This document shows, in pieces, positions 10,874-19,792 of a DNA stretch of 64,000 nt (its first letter is position 1; each line of letters starts with the position of its first letter). A program made the translations under genes and the position numbers. This stretch comes from Myxococcota bacterium (GTDB lineage Bacteria; Myxococcota_A; UBA796; GCA-2862545). The stretch lies in assembly GCA_039208735.1 (NCBI GenBank), contig JBCCQY010000024.1, positions 1 through 64,000 of the forward strand, given 5' to 3'. The notes under the pieces were generated by a model, which saw only the letters and a list, made by a program, of their open reading frames with translations, did no database searches and was not told where the DNA came from.

Positions 10874-11766
10874 CCGCGCTGTTGCTTTGGCTCGCGTGCG
10901 GCAATCCAACCTCAGAGAGGACCGCTGGTCCGGAGTCCTTTACGGACCCCGCCGCGCCGTGGCTTGGTCCCGATGCCGCGGCGCCTACCGACATTGAGGT
11001 GAGCCGGGTGGAGGCATCGATCGAGCTTGCCTTCGAAGCGCTCGATGAGCTGGACCCAACTCCATTGGTCACGGCCTACTCGGCCGTCATGGCCGCAGGG
11101 GATACGAGTTGTCCCTCGTTCTTCACCGCTGACGAGGGGTTCGATTACTGGCTTGACACCTGCGAATCGCCGTCGGGGGCAAGTTTCGATGGGTTTGGGG
11201 TGCTCGATGTCACTGAAGGCGTGCCCGTCGACTTTGGTTTGGTGGGAACCACCACGACGATCGGTGGATCGGGTTCGGTCGTCGGTCCCGATGGTGCAGG
11301 GCTCGACATGAACGGGTTCCTTCAAGTGACCGCAGCCGCTGATGCAAGCACCTCGCTTTCGAACCTCACCATTTCGGGATCCTTCGCCACCGACCATGCG
11401 GCGGCGAACGGCACCTGGCTTGAGCAGGGCTGGGAACCCGAGGTGTCGCAGCTGAGGCTCGTCGTGACGGGAGTGGGCGAAGTTCGAGTGATCAATGGGG
11501 TGATTGAGAATCTGGACCTCGACGGCCAGCGCTTTCCGGTCGTGCTCCAGAACGTTGCCATCGCGGATGTGGCGACCGGGTTCACGGATTGCGGCATCGA
11601 ACCCACTGGCGTGATCTCAGTGCGTCTCGATGGGGACTGGGTCGATGTGATTTTCGATCCCATTCAGACCGATGACGGCATCCTCACCCCGTCCGACGTG
11701 TGCGACGGGTGTGGCGAAGCGTGGTCTGGAACCCAATCGCTCGGTCCGGTGTGCGTCGCGTTCTGA
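10870..11766 (+). CDS. Putative Cys-patterned lipoprotein (paralogue of 7149-8063)
   Basis: MTALLLWLAC; CGIEPTGVISVR...WVDVIFD...CDGCG...LGPVCVAF; ATGA overlap with the DUF1501 stop. Confidence 0.7.
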   Translation: MTALLLWLACGNPTSERTAGPESFTDPAAPWLGPDAAAPTDIEVSRVEASIELAFEALDELDPTPLVTAYSAVMAAGDTSCPSFFTADEGFDYWLDTCESPSGASFDGFGVLDVTEGVPVDFGLVGTTTTIGGSGSVVGPDGAGLDMNGFLQVTAAADASTSLSNLTISGSFATDHAAANGTWLEQGWEPEVSQLRLVVTGVGEVRVINGVIENLDLDGQRFPVVLQNVAIADVATGFTDCGIEPTGVISVRLDGDWVDVIFDPIQTDDGILTPSDVCDGCGEAWSGTQSLGPVCVAF

Positions 11767-11773
11767 CCAGGGC

Positions 11774-12295
11774 TCACGCGCCCGCAGCCTGAGAGCTTCG
11801 GGCCGCGATGAACTCGAACCACGCGTGCCAGTCGTGCGTCGTCATGAAGTCGACCAGCGGTTCGACGTCGTGGGGCTGAAGCCGAACCCGATGAAGCATC
11901 GCGAGCTGCATCAGTACCTCGCCTACCGCGGCGTCCGGGTGATCCGCGTCGGTGGGGAGGACGACGCGGTCAACGATGTCTTCGGCCCACGCTTGGACGT
12001 CCTGCCGGTGCCATTCGTCGTCGGCCCAGCGCTGCAACACGATCCGGATCTCCATCGGCGATGGAAGGTCGGGTGGGGGCGGGGGCCGGCCTCCTTCCCG
12101 GATCCCTAGGGAATCGAGGTGCGCGTTGACGAACTGGACGACCGGGTCTTGGCTGCGCACCCGTGCGATGCGGGCCACGAGACGGGCTCGAGCCGCAGAG
12201 GCCGCTGAGCGCTCTCCTGGGGTGGTGGCTCCTCGTTCAAGGGCTTCGACGCGAGCGAGTCGTGCTCGCAAGGTCCGTAGGGTCACCGTCGCCAT
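11774..12295 (-). CDS. Hypothetical protein (N-terminus reminiscent of DUF2786-like helical hairpin)
   Basis: LARVEALERGATTPGERSAASAARARL; only plausible ORF in this interval. Confidence 0.6.
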   Translation of the reverse strand: MATVTLRTLRARLARVEALERGATTPGERSAASAARARLVARIARVRSQDPVVQFVNAHLDSLGIREGGRPPPPPDLPSPMEIRIVLQRWADDEWHRQDVQAWAEDIVDRVVLPTDADHPDAAVGEVLMQLAMLHRVRLQPHDVEPLVDFMTTHDWHAWFEFIAARSSQAAGA

Positions 12296-12360
12296 GGAAA
12301 AAGCGTACCCTCGTCCGCGTTCGCGGCGAAGGATTTTGGTCGCCGATTGCGATCAACAGC

Positions 12361-12861
12361 TCAAGAATCCAGCCATCCCCGCGTTGCATCCAGGCGATCG
12401 TAGTCTGGAATGTACGGCTTGAGATCGAGCACGGGGGTTCGGTCGAGCAAGTCGAGGCTGCGAACATGGACGGTGAAACCGTCTACGCCGAGCACCTCGG
12501 TTGCCGAAAGCCCAATGGGATTCGGACGATGGGGCGCCCGGGTGGCCAGCACGCCGCGTAGAGGCCCGCCTCGGGGGGGCCGAACCATCGGCTTGCGCAG
12601 CGGTCCATTGAGATGGAGCCAGCTCACCACCCAGAGATGCGAAAACGTGGCGAGATCCCGCAACGCATCCCGCGGGATTCGTTGCGGATCCAGCTCGATG
12701 CGAGCCTCGACCACGCCGGCCTCTTCGGGCCCTTCGAGTCCGGGCTGCCGCGGGGTGCCGTGCCGCTCCACAAAGGGCGATCGAACCCAGCCGATGGGCA
12801 CGAGCGACACTTCGGTGGGAACGGGCACGGCGTCGATGTAGTCCTTCGGAGGCTTCTTCAT
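12361..12861 (-). CDS. trmO: tRNA t6A37 N6-methyltransferase TrmO/TsaA
   Basis: PIGWVRSPF, TPRQP, FSHLWVVSWLH, GVLATRAPHRPNPIGLS, LDLLDRTPVLDLKPY. Confidence 0.92.
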   Translation of the reverse strand: MKKPPKDYIDAVPVPTEVSLVPIGWVRSPFVERHGTPRQPGLEGPEEAGVVEARIELDPQRIPRDALRDLATFSHLWVVSWLHLNGPLRKPMVRPPRGGPLRGVLATRAPHRPNPIGLSATEVLGVDGFTVHVRSLDLLDRTPVLDLKPYIPDYDRLDATRGWLDS

Positions 12862-12899
12862 GCCGGGGCCGATCCTTCGCGACGAATTAACGGCGGGGC

Positions 12900-13457
12900 A
12901 TGCCCAAGGCTCCCCGGCGCATTTCTGCGCCTTACCTCGCACGGGTCACCGCCCACTACCTCGAGCGCTACGCCACTTCGAAGGCCCACCTGCGCCGGCT
13001 GCTCCTCCGAAGAGTGCATCGCAGTGCTCGCCACCACGAAGCCGATCCTGAACCTTGGATCGAGCTTGTGGATGAGGAGCTGGACCGTCTTGAGCGACTC
13101 GGCTTTCTCAACGACGACGCCTACGCGGCAGACCGTGCGAGAGCCCTGCATCGGCGGGGGGCGGGCGTCCGCAAGATCCAGATGGCGCTCCGAGAAAAGG
13201 GGCTCGCGAGTGAGGTGATCGAGGATGCGATCGCGCAGCTTGGCGAGGGCGGGGAGGATCCGGACTGGGTGGCGGCGTGTACCTTCGCCCGTAAACGCCG
13301 CTTGGGACCATGGCGTCGAGAGGATGCCGATGACGATCGACGCCGCAAGGAACTGGGTCGTCTGGCGAGGGCCGGGTTTTCGTTCGACGTCGCCCGTCGG
13401 ATCGTCGATGCGGAGAGCGAGGAGGCCCTCCTGGAGGCCGATCGCGAACGGGACTGA
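12900..13457 (+). CDS. recX: RecX regulatory protein
   Basis: HYLERYATSKAHLRRLL, GFLNDDAYA, RRGAGVRKIQMALREKG, ARKRRLGPWR, LARAGFSFDVA. Confidence 0.9.
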   Translation: MPKAPRRISAPYLARVTAHYLERYATSKAHLRRLLLRRVHRSARHHEADPEPWIELVDEELDRLERLGFLNDDAYAADRARALHRRGAGVRKIQMALREKGLASEVIEDAIAQLGEGGEDPDWVAACTFARKRRLGPWRREDADDDRRRKELGRLARAGFSFDVARRIVDAESEEALLEADRERD

Positions 13458-13508
13458 AGGCTCGGAACGCCCGGCCGATAGGCGGAGCGAATTCTCCTGA
13501 GAGTCCGC

Positions 13509-14528
13509 GTGTTTCCTGAAAAAGACGCTTCCCCAAACCTCTCCTCCCCTCCGGGCTCACCAAAGCTTGCGCTGGGAGCGGCTCCGTCGTTCGAGGGCGC
13601 CCATCTCCTCCCAGGGACGCGTGTAGGTGACGTGATCGTCGGCGCGATGATCGGCCGAGGAGGCATGAGCGAGGTCTACCGCGCTCGGCACGTCCATCGG
13701 GCCACCACGCACGCCCTCAAGATCCTCGATCCCCGCGTGTATGCAGGCACCGGACAGCGGTACCAACAGATGTTGTTCGCTCGACTCCGTCGTGAAGGAC
13801 GGCTGCAGCAAGAGATTCGCCATCCCAACATCGTCCACGTCGAGCAGGTCATGGAGACGCCCCACGGGCCCGCGTTGCTCATGGAATGGGTGGACGGACC
13901 GACCCTCGACGCCGTGCTGGCCGCGCGCAGTGCCCTGCGGTGGCAGGACGTCGACGACATCGCGCAGGGGCTGTTGCGCGCGCTGGCGGGGGCCCAGCAG
14001 GCGGAGGTCGTTCACCGAGACGTGAAGCCCAGCAACGTCCTACTCGCCCGTGAACATGGCCAATGGGTGCCGAAGCTCACGGACTTTGGCCTGGCCAAGG
14101 ACTCGGATGACGTCGATGACCTGACGCTCACGGGGCAGGTCATGGGTACGCCCGGCTACATGCCGCCCCGACAGATGCAGGATGCCAAACACGTCGACAC
14201 GAGCGTCGATACCTATGCCATGGGTGCCGTGCTCTACGAGATCGCGACCGGCCGCCGCCTCGTTCCCGTGTGGCAGCGGGCTACGCCAGACCTCGTGGCC
14301 TGTGCGCTCGAACGTCTGGCCGACACCGACGTACCAGTGCGGATGCAGTTGGCCATTGCGATGGCCCTTCGGCCGGGTCTTCCCCGCTTCGACGCGGCCT
14401 CCGTACTCGCCGCGTGGCAGGGAAATGCACCGCCCAACAACCCGTTTCCGTCTTGGCGACCGGTGGCCGGTTTCGCCGTGGTTGGAGCGTTTGCAGCACT
14501 ATGGTGGGGACTCGGAATTCTCGGTTGA
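13509..14528 (+). CDS. Hanks-type Ser/Thr protein kinase with C-terminal TM
   Basis: IGRGGMSEVY, ALK, HPNIV, VVHRDVKPSNVLL, DFGLAK, GTPGYM. Confidence 0.93.
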   Translation: MFPEKDASPNLSSPPGSPKLALGAAPSFEGAHLLPGTRVGDVIVGAMIGRGGMSEVYRARHVHRATTHALKILDPRVYAGTGQRYQQMLFARLRREGRLQQEIRHPNIVHVEQVMETPHGPALLMEWVDGPTLDAVLAARSALRWQDVDDIAQGLLRALAGAQQAEVVHRDVKPSNVLLAREHGQWVPKLTDFGLAKDSDDVDDLTLTGQVMGTPGYMPPRQMQDAKHVDTSVDTYAMGAVLYEIATGRRLVPVWQRATPDLVACALERLADTDVPVRMQLAIAMALRPGLPRFDAASVLAAWQGNAPPNNPFPSWRPVAGFAVVGAFAALWWGLGILG

Positions 14529-14593
14529 TTTCTCCTTCGTGGCCAAAGCCCCCCCAGCGGCAAGGATCGCTGGAGGAGCCGGGAATGACCAAC

Positions 14594-14626
14594 CGGTCGG
14601 CGTCGACCGGGGGCAAACGCCGACCG
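14594..14626 (-). terminator. GC-rich stem-loop just 3' of flagellin (terminator or mRNA stabiliser)
   Basis: Perfect 10-bp inverted repeat CGGTCGGCGT (14594-14603) / ACGCCGACCG (14617-14626), 8 nt past the flagellin stop; no clear U-tract. Confidence 0.5.
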
Positions 14627-14634
14627 CGCGATCA

Positions 14635-15480
14635 CTAGCCGATGAGCTGCGCAGCCGAGGCGTTGATGGTCTTCGCCTGGGCGAGGACGGCCACGCCGGC
14701 CTGCTGCATGATCTGGAACTTGGACAGCTGCGCAGATTCCATCGCGTAGTCGGTGTCGCGAATCCGGCTCTCGGACTCACGCAAGTTCAGGTAGTAGTTG
14801 TCCGTCTGCCGGTACGCCGACTCGAGACGGTTCTGGACCGCACCGAACGAAGACCGCACCGTGTTGATGAAGTCGATGGCGGTGTCGAGGCCGGCGAGCG
14901 CGGTCTGCGCATTCGCCGAGGTGAGGAGGTCCATCGATCCCGTGTCGACCGCCATGTTCGCCGCATCCGAGCGGACGTTGAACAAGGCGATGTCGATCCG
15001 GCTGTTCGCCGAACCGTCGATGCCGACCTGCACCGAGAGGTTCGTCAGCGCGGCCGCGGCCGCGTTGAGCAAGGGCACGCCGTTGAACTCGGTCACTTCA
15101 GCGATCCGGTCGATCTCCGAACCCAGAGCCGCAAACTCGTCATTGACGTAGGTACGTTCCTGGTTCTCGAGCGTATCCGACGCCGACTGAACCGCGAGTT
15201 CCCGCATCCGCTTGAGGATGGTGCTGATCTCGGCGGTTGCGCCTTCGGCGGTCTGCACGACGGAGATGCCGTCGTTGGTGTTCCGCTGGGCCATCTTGAG
15301 CGACCGCGTCGCGGCGGCCAAGTTCTCGGCCACACCGAGGCCGGCCGCATCGTCAGCGGCCGTCGTGATGCGCACGCCGGAGCTGATGCGCGCAAGGCTC
15401 TTGGTGAGGTTGGTCTGAACCTTGTTGAGGTTCGAGATCGAGTTCAGCGAGGCCATGTTGGTGTTGACTGCCAGCGCCAT
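14635..15480 (-). CDS. fliC: Flagellin (short, 281 aa)
   Basis: MALAVNTNMASL, RISSGVRITTAADDAAGL, RNTNDGISVVQTAEGA, RMRELAVQSA, RSSFGAVQNRLES, SRIRDTDYAMESAQL, QAGVAVLAQA. Confidence 0.96.
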   Translation of the reverse strand: MALAVNTNMASLNSISNLNKVQTNLTKSLARISSGVRITTAADDAAGLGVAENLAAATRSLKMAQRNTNDGISVVQTAEGATAEISTILKRMRELAVQSASDTLENQERTYVNDEFAALGSEIDRIAEVTEFNGVPLLNAAAAALTNLSVQVGIDGSANSRIDIALFNVRSDAANMAVDTGSMDLLTSANAQTALAGLDTAIDFINTVRSSFGAVQNRLESAYRQTDNYYLNLRESESRIRDTDYAMESAQLSKFQIMQQAGVAVLAQAKTINASAAQLIG

Positions 15481-15549
15481 GGTTGCTCTCCAAGCGATGA
15501 TGTTTCAGTTTCGGGAATCGAGCGGCCTCGGCTCCCGAGTACGCCCACT

Positions 15550-15581
15550 TCGTCGGATCCCCTGTTTCGCAATTACAGGGG
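15550..15581 (-). promoter_or_regulatory. Possible sigma-28-like promoter overlapped by a 7-bp-arm palindrome
   Basis: Minus strand GTAA-N15-TCCGACGA versus consensus TAAA-N15-GCCGATAA; CCCCTGT-N9-ACAGGGG at 15559-15581. Confidence 0.35.
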
Positions 15582-15757
15582 TGGTCACTGTTGCGAATTG
15601 GGCTTCGAATCATCATTTTCCGGCACACCCGGTTTGCCTATGGTGCAAGATTCGCGTGACTACGGAGTTTCCTCCGTCGCAAGGTTGGCCCTCCGTGCAA
15701 AGCTGCGGAAGGGGCAAAGACGAGGCACAATGCCAAAACTGGGGGATCAGAGGAGCA

Positions 15758-17254
15758 ATGGGTATGGTCTGGATTTGGGGATTGCTGGCTTGCCAGGGGA
15801 ACTCCGACGATACACCTTCCGATGGAGGCGAGCCGACATCTGCCGAAACCGGCACGACCCCGGTGAAACCTACGGGCAAGACGGGCGATACTGGAGTCGG
15901 GGTTGACATTTGTGATGTGCCGACGGTGATGCCCACGGGACCCGTGGTGACCTTCGACACTCCCCCAAAACGGGTGTTGATGCTTTCGATCGACACGCTC
16001 CGGCGCGATTTCGTGGACTTTTACGCCTGCGAAGACGAGCCGCGAGTGAGTCGGATGCCCTTCCTGTCGACGATCCTCGCCCAGTCGGTTTCGCTCGAAG
16101 ACGCACAGCAGTGCTCCAACTGGACCTACCCCTCCACAAACTGCACGCTCTCGGGCACGTTGCTCGAGGAGATGGACCACGTGCCACGAGGAGGGTTGGA
16201 CGGTCGGCCGGTTCCCGAGGGGCAACGAACCCTGGCGAGCCTCCTAAGCGAGGTCGGCTTCTTCACAGGCCTGGTGTGGACCAACGGCTGGTTCTACCGG
16301 ATCGCAGGACCCAACTCGCCTCCCGGGGATCAGTTGACGGGCAACAACCAGGGATACCAAGCGCTCGAGGGGCCGGCGGGAGGGGCGGTCAATGTGGGGA
16401 CGGTGGGTCGCACCATGCTCGAAGAGGCGTTGGGAGGGGCTGATGCGCCAGAGCGCTGGTTGCTTCACCTGCACTTCATCGAGCCCCACGACCTTTACAA
16501 CGCACCCGACGAGTTCATGCCGGAACTGAAGGACCTGCCCAACATCCCCGTCGATTTTCGCGATCGGGGTTCCTTTGGTACGGCGCAGGTCCAGTACGCG
16601 GGCTTCGACAGGGAGACCCAAGACCTCTACCGGTCGCACTTTCAGCTGCGCTACACCGGCGACCTACGCCAGCTGGATGCCCGGCTCGAGGTCATGTGGT
16701 CCCAGCTCGAGGCCGGCGGACTGCTCGACGATACCTTGGTTGTGCTGTGGACCGACCACGGTGAAGGGTTTTGGGAGCGCGGTCCACAGGCTCACGGATG
16801 GCGCCTCGGGGCGGAAGAGAACGACGCGATCGTCGCCTTCTGGCATCCCGACCTCACCCCCCAACGCGTGTTGGGCCCGCATCACGCGATCGACGTCCTG
16901 CCAACGACCTTGTCTGCGTTGGGGCTCGAGGTGCCCGAAGACTTGGCGGGTGTGCGAGCGGGGTTGGCGTCACCAGATCGGGTCCGCTTCACCGCGAGTC
17001 CGAACATTGCGGGTCAGCGCTACCAGGCGGTCACGAAGGAAGGCTTCAAGCTGACGGCGGGCTGGAATGGAACGCTCACCCTGCACGATCGCAACACCGA
17101 CCGATTGGAGCGCACCGACCTCTTCGCTGCAGACCATCCGCGGGTCGATGAACTCTGGGGCCTCCTCGAGCCTCGGATCACCATGCTGGAAGAGCGGATT
17201 CCCGAGGGTCAACGAGTGAACTGGGACTTGCTCAACAAGGGAGTCATCCCTTAG
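15758..17254 (+). CDS. Alkaline-phosphatase-superfamily (sulfatase-like) lipoprotein
   Basis: GAGGAG Shine-Dalgarno; WGLLAC lipobox-like; LSIDTLRRD, WTYPS, HFIEPHDLY, YTGDLRQLD, TDHGEGF. Confidence 0.85.
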   Translation: MGMVWIWGLLACQGNSDDTPSDGGEPTSAETGTTPVKPTGKTGDTGVGVDICDVPTVMPTGPVVTFDTPPKRVLMLSIDTLRRDFVDFYACEDEPRVSRMPFLSTILAQSVSLEDAQQCSNWTYPSTNCTLSGTLLEEMDHVPRGGLDGRPVPEGQRTLASLLSEVGFFTGLVWTNGWFYRIAGPNSPPGDQLTGNNQGYQALEGPAGGAVNVGTVGRTMLEEALGGADAPERWLLHLHFIEPHDLYNAPDEFMPELKDLPNIPVDFRDRGSFGTAQVQYAGFDRETQDLYRSHFQLRYTGDLRQLDARLEVMWSQLEAGGLLDDTLVVLWTDHGEGFWERGPQAHGWRLGAEENDAIVAFWHPDLTPQRVLGPHHAIDVLPTTLSALGLEVPEDLAGVRAGLASPDRVRFTASPNIAGQRYQAVTKEGFKLTAGWNGTLTLHDRNTDRLERTDLFAADHPRVDELWGLLEPRITMLEERIPEGQRVNWDLLNKGVIP

Positions 17255-18861
17255 CTTTCGACCCGGGAGGCCCAGTAGCGCTCCATCGCAAGCCGGATCT
17301 GGGTGACCCCGTAGCCCGTGTCGACCACACAGATCGGCACGTCGGCCTCCTGGCAGGCGGGACGGACAAGGTCGTGTTCGCGGTGGGAGATGAATCGGCG
17401 CAGGACGATCACCAGGTCGATGGAGCCTCGCCGAATGCGCTCAGCGAGGGCGCGAACCCGCCGTACATCGGACTCTTCCCACTCGAGGTTGCGAAGGCGA
17501 AACGCACCGTGGATGCGTTCGATTGCGGACGGTCGAGGATCACCACCCAGAATCACCGCGTGTTTGCCTTCGGTGAGCTGGAGCATGGGCCATCCGTCTG
17601 GAATGGGATCGGCGCGGTCCGCCTGGTCGACGACTTGCTCTTCCGCGTTCAGGGCGTCGCGAAGGGCGGTCTTCAGCGTCTTGAGGCCCCGCGCGCCCTG
17701 CAGGCTGGATTGGAAGGGGGTGAGCATCGAGACCAAGCGAGGATCACTCTGGCTCACTCCGGACTCGATGGCCTGGCGGGCGAGGGTGACGAGGTCCTCT
17801 CGGTTGGTCACACCCTGTTCGAGCGCCCGGTGCAGGGCTCCCAGCGCACCCTCGGCCGATGTGACGGCGTCCGCGCCTTCCGAGGCCGTCGGTTGCAACA
17901 TCTGGTACCAGTGATGGTAATCGTCATGCCAAGATCCGTGATCGGGCGGATTCGAACGGGAGAGTCCCGGCACAAAGCCTGGACGATGTTCCCTCGACCA
18001 GGCGGTCATTCGCGAAAACGCGGAGCGGAGGGCTTCGTCTTCCGCAAAGGTCAAACCGAATTCGCTTTCGTCTTGGATCTGTCGCGCAAGGCTACTGATG
18101 AGCCCCATGAGCGCTTTCTGAGCCTCTTGGGACTGATCCAACCAAGCATCCATCCGGCCAATGCCCCCCGTAAGGCGTTGCACGGCGGCGGCCACGTCCT
18201 CCCGTGTCTTCAAGGGGCTTGGCTTGCCGATCGACTGCACCAGATCGTCGAGCGATTTGCGGCGTGCGGTGTGGGTTCGACGCTGGGACCATTGTGGCGT
18301 CAAACCCAGTTGAGCCAGCGCGATCAATGCCGCGGGATCCGCGGGTACCGAGTCCGGGACCTTCGGCGGTTTGATGTGGGTGCGTACCGCGGGGGACGTC
18401 GTATGCGACAGCTCCGCCGTACTGGGCATCGCTACTGGAACAATGGGCGTATTGGGCTTCTCATCATCCGCAACTTCCCTCGGGGCGGGTCGGGGACCCA
18501 CCCGTTCCGCAGGAGGAACGGGGGTGGCTCGATCGGGGGCCGGTGAGGGGGTTGGCGTCGGTTTCGACGTCGGGATCAGGGAGCCGGCCTCGTCCGGATG
18601 TACGGCCACGGTGGCACCACGTGCGACCAATCTCAGAACGGCCTGGCCCAACCGAGACGCCAGCGCCCGGCGTTGCGTGATTAACTCGCGAAGCTCGCGC
18701 TCTTCGGGAGATTCGGGATCCGGATCTTCCGCCAACATGCAATACAGTTCAGATATCCGCCCGATGAGGGTCCTGGACTCGTCCAGGGCCTCCCCGAGTT
18801 CACCCTCGAGGACCGATAAGGCAGCGACATCAGATGGAATCGGGTCGGTGACCGTGCTCAA
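17251..18861 (-). CDS. Hypothetical protein with Pro-rich linker and C-terminal DUF2325-like domain
   Basis: C-terminus GKHAVILGGD...DLVIVLRRFISH...ACQEADVPICVV matches the DUF2325 pattern. Confidence 0.65.
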   Translation of the reverse strand: MSTVTDPIPSDVAALSVLEGELGEALDESRTLIGRISELYCMLAEDPDPESPEERELRELITQRRALASRLGQAVLRLVARGATVAVHPDEAGSLIPTSKPTPTPSPAPDRATPVPPAERVGPRPAPREVADDEKPNTPIVPVAMPSTAELSHTTSPAVRTHIKPPKVPDSVPADPAALIALAQLGLTPQWSQRRTHTARRKSLDDLVQSIGKPSPLKTREDVAAAVQRLTGGIGRMDAWLDQSQEAQKALMGLISSLARQIQDESEFGLTFAEDEALRSAFSRMTAWSREHRPGFVPGLSRSNPPDHGSWHDDYHHWYQMLQPTASEGADAVTSAEGALGALHRALEQGVTNREDLVTLARQAIESGVSQSDPRLVSMLTPFQSSLQGARGLKTLKTALRDALNAEEQVVDQADRADPIPDGWPMLQLTEGKHAVILGGDPRPSAIERIHGAFRLRNLEWEESDVRRVRALAERIRRGSIDLVIVLRRFISHREHDLVRPACQEADVPICVVDTGYGVTQIRLAMERYWASRVES

Positions 18862-19045
18862 CTCGCACTCCTCTGTCTTCCCGTATCATCGTCACGCCTG
18901 CCGCAAGCGGTAGCTGTCTTCGGAAAGCGGCTCGTAAACTTTGTATTTGCGGGAGCTTCGCCGTTCGTTCCCAGATGTCGCGCTTTGCCCTTGAAACGTC
19001 GCGGCTCGATAGCCATCTTCCAGGCCGACACCTCAGGAGTCGTAG

Positions 19046-19792
19046 ATGAATTCGTTTCCTCAAGCCTGGGTCTTCGATCTGGACGGTACGCTAGTTCAGA
19101 CCGAGACTCTAAAGGCCGATAGTTATCACTCGACATTGACGCGAATCGTCTCCTCCGTTTCTCGAACCGCAGCGCACGAACACTATTCCACGGTCGTAGG
19201 CCGTAGCGGAGAGGAGGTCGCGCGGTCGTTTGTCGACCGATTTACCTCGCCGGAAGCGATCCATGCGGTGCTGGATGCCGAGCCTGATGAACCGGCGTGG
19301 GCCACGTTCTACCGCCTTCGAAAGGCGGAGTACGCTCGGTTGTTGGACGATCCGGATTCGCTGCGGTTGGTCGCGTGTCCGTACAATCGGCGACTTCTTG
19401 AGCAAATCCGGAATCAAGGGGGACGAACGGCGTTGGCCACGATGTCGCATCGACCACAAGTGGCGCGCGTCCTCGATGTTCTTGATTTGAAAGAATCCTT
19501 CGAATTTGTCGCGACGCGCGATGACGTGGAACACGGCAAACCGGATCCGGAGATCTATCGGTTCGTGTTTGATGGGCTTGGAGTGGACGCGACGCAGGCC
19601 GCCATCATTGAAGATTCACCCTCGGGGGCGAAGGCGGCGCTGGCCTCGGGGGCCCGCGTCGTCGTGGTTGTCAATGACATCACGCGCGACGCGATCGCCA
19701 AGGTGGCGTGGCCCGACGATCGGTCGGTCGTGCTCGAGTCCGATGAAGGGCTCGAGCCCGCGGTGATGCAGTGGATCAGAGCCGGTCGATGA
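19046..19792 (+). CDS. HAD-family hydrolase (beta-PGM/CbbY-like)
   Basis: FDLDGTLVQTE, GKPDPEIY, IIEDSPSG. Confidence 0.9.
   Translation: MNSFPQAWVFDLDGTLVQTETLKADSYHSTLTRIVSSVSRTAAHEHYSTVVGRSGEEVARSFVDRFTSPEAIHAVLDAEPDEPAWATFYRLRKAEYARLLDDPDSLRLVACPYNRRLLEQIRNQGGRTALATMSHRPQVARVLDVLDLKESFEFVATRDDVEHGKPDPEIYRFVFDGLGVDATQAAIIEDSPSGAKAALASGARVVVVVNDITRDAIAKVAWPDDRSVVLESDEGLEPAVMQWIRAGR

Noticed and set aside
15600..15660. GGCAAACC on the minus strand upstream of flagellin as a c-di-GMP-I riboswitch
   Set aside because: No GNRA-capped P1 with following GACGCAAA and no second stem with a tetraloop receptor.
15422..15757. N-terminal extensions in the ORF track (e.g. sulfatase-like gene from 15422, PCIF1-like gene from 53566, groEL from 46137)
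   Set aside because: They overlap neighbouring genes; downstream ATGs have Shine-Dalgarno sites or match known N-termini.
14182..15906. Long antisense ORFs (also 4013-5401, 22656-24119, 39829-41460, 44347-46056, 52596-54302, 55251-56879)
   Set aside because: Shadow ORFs opposite well-supported genes; expected from high-GC codon bias, with no recognisable motifs.
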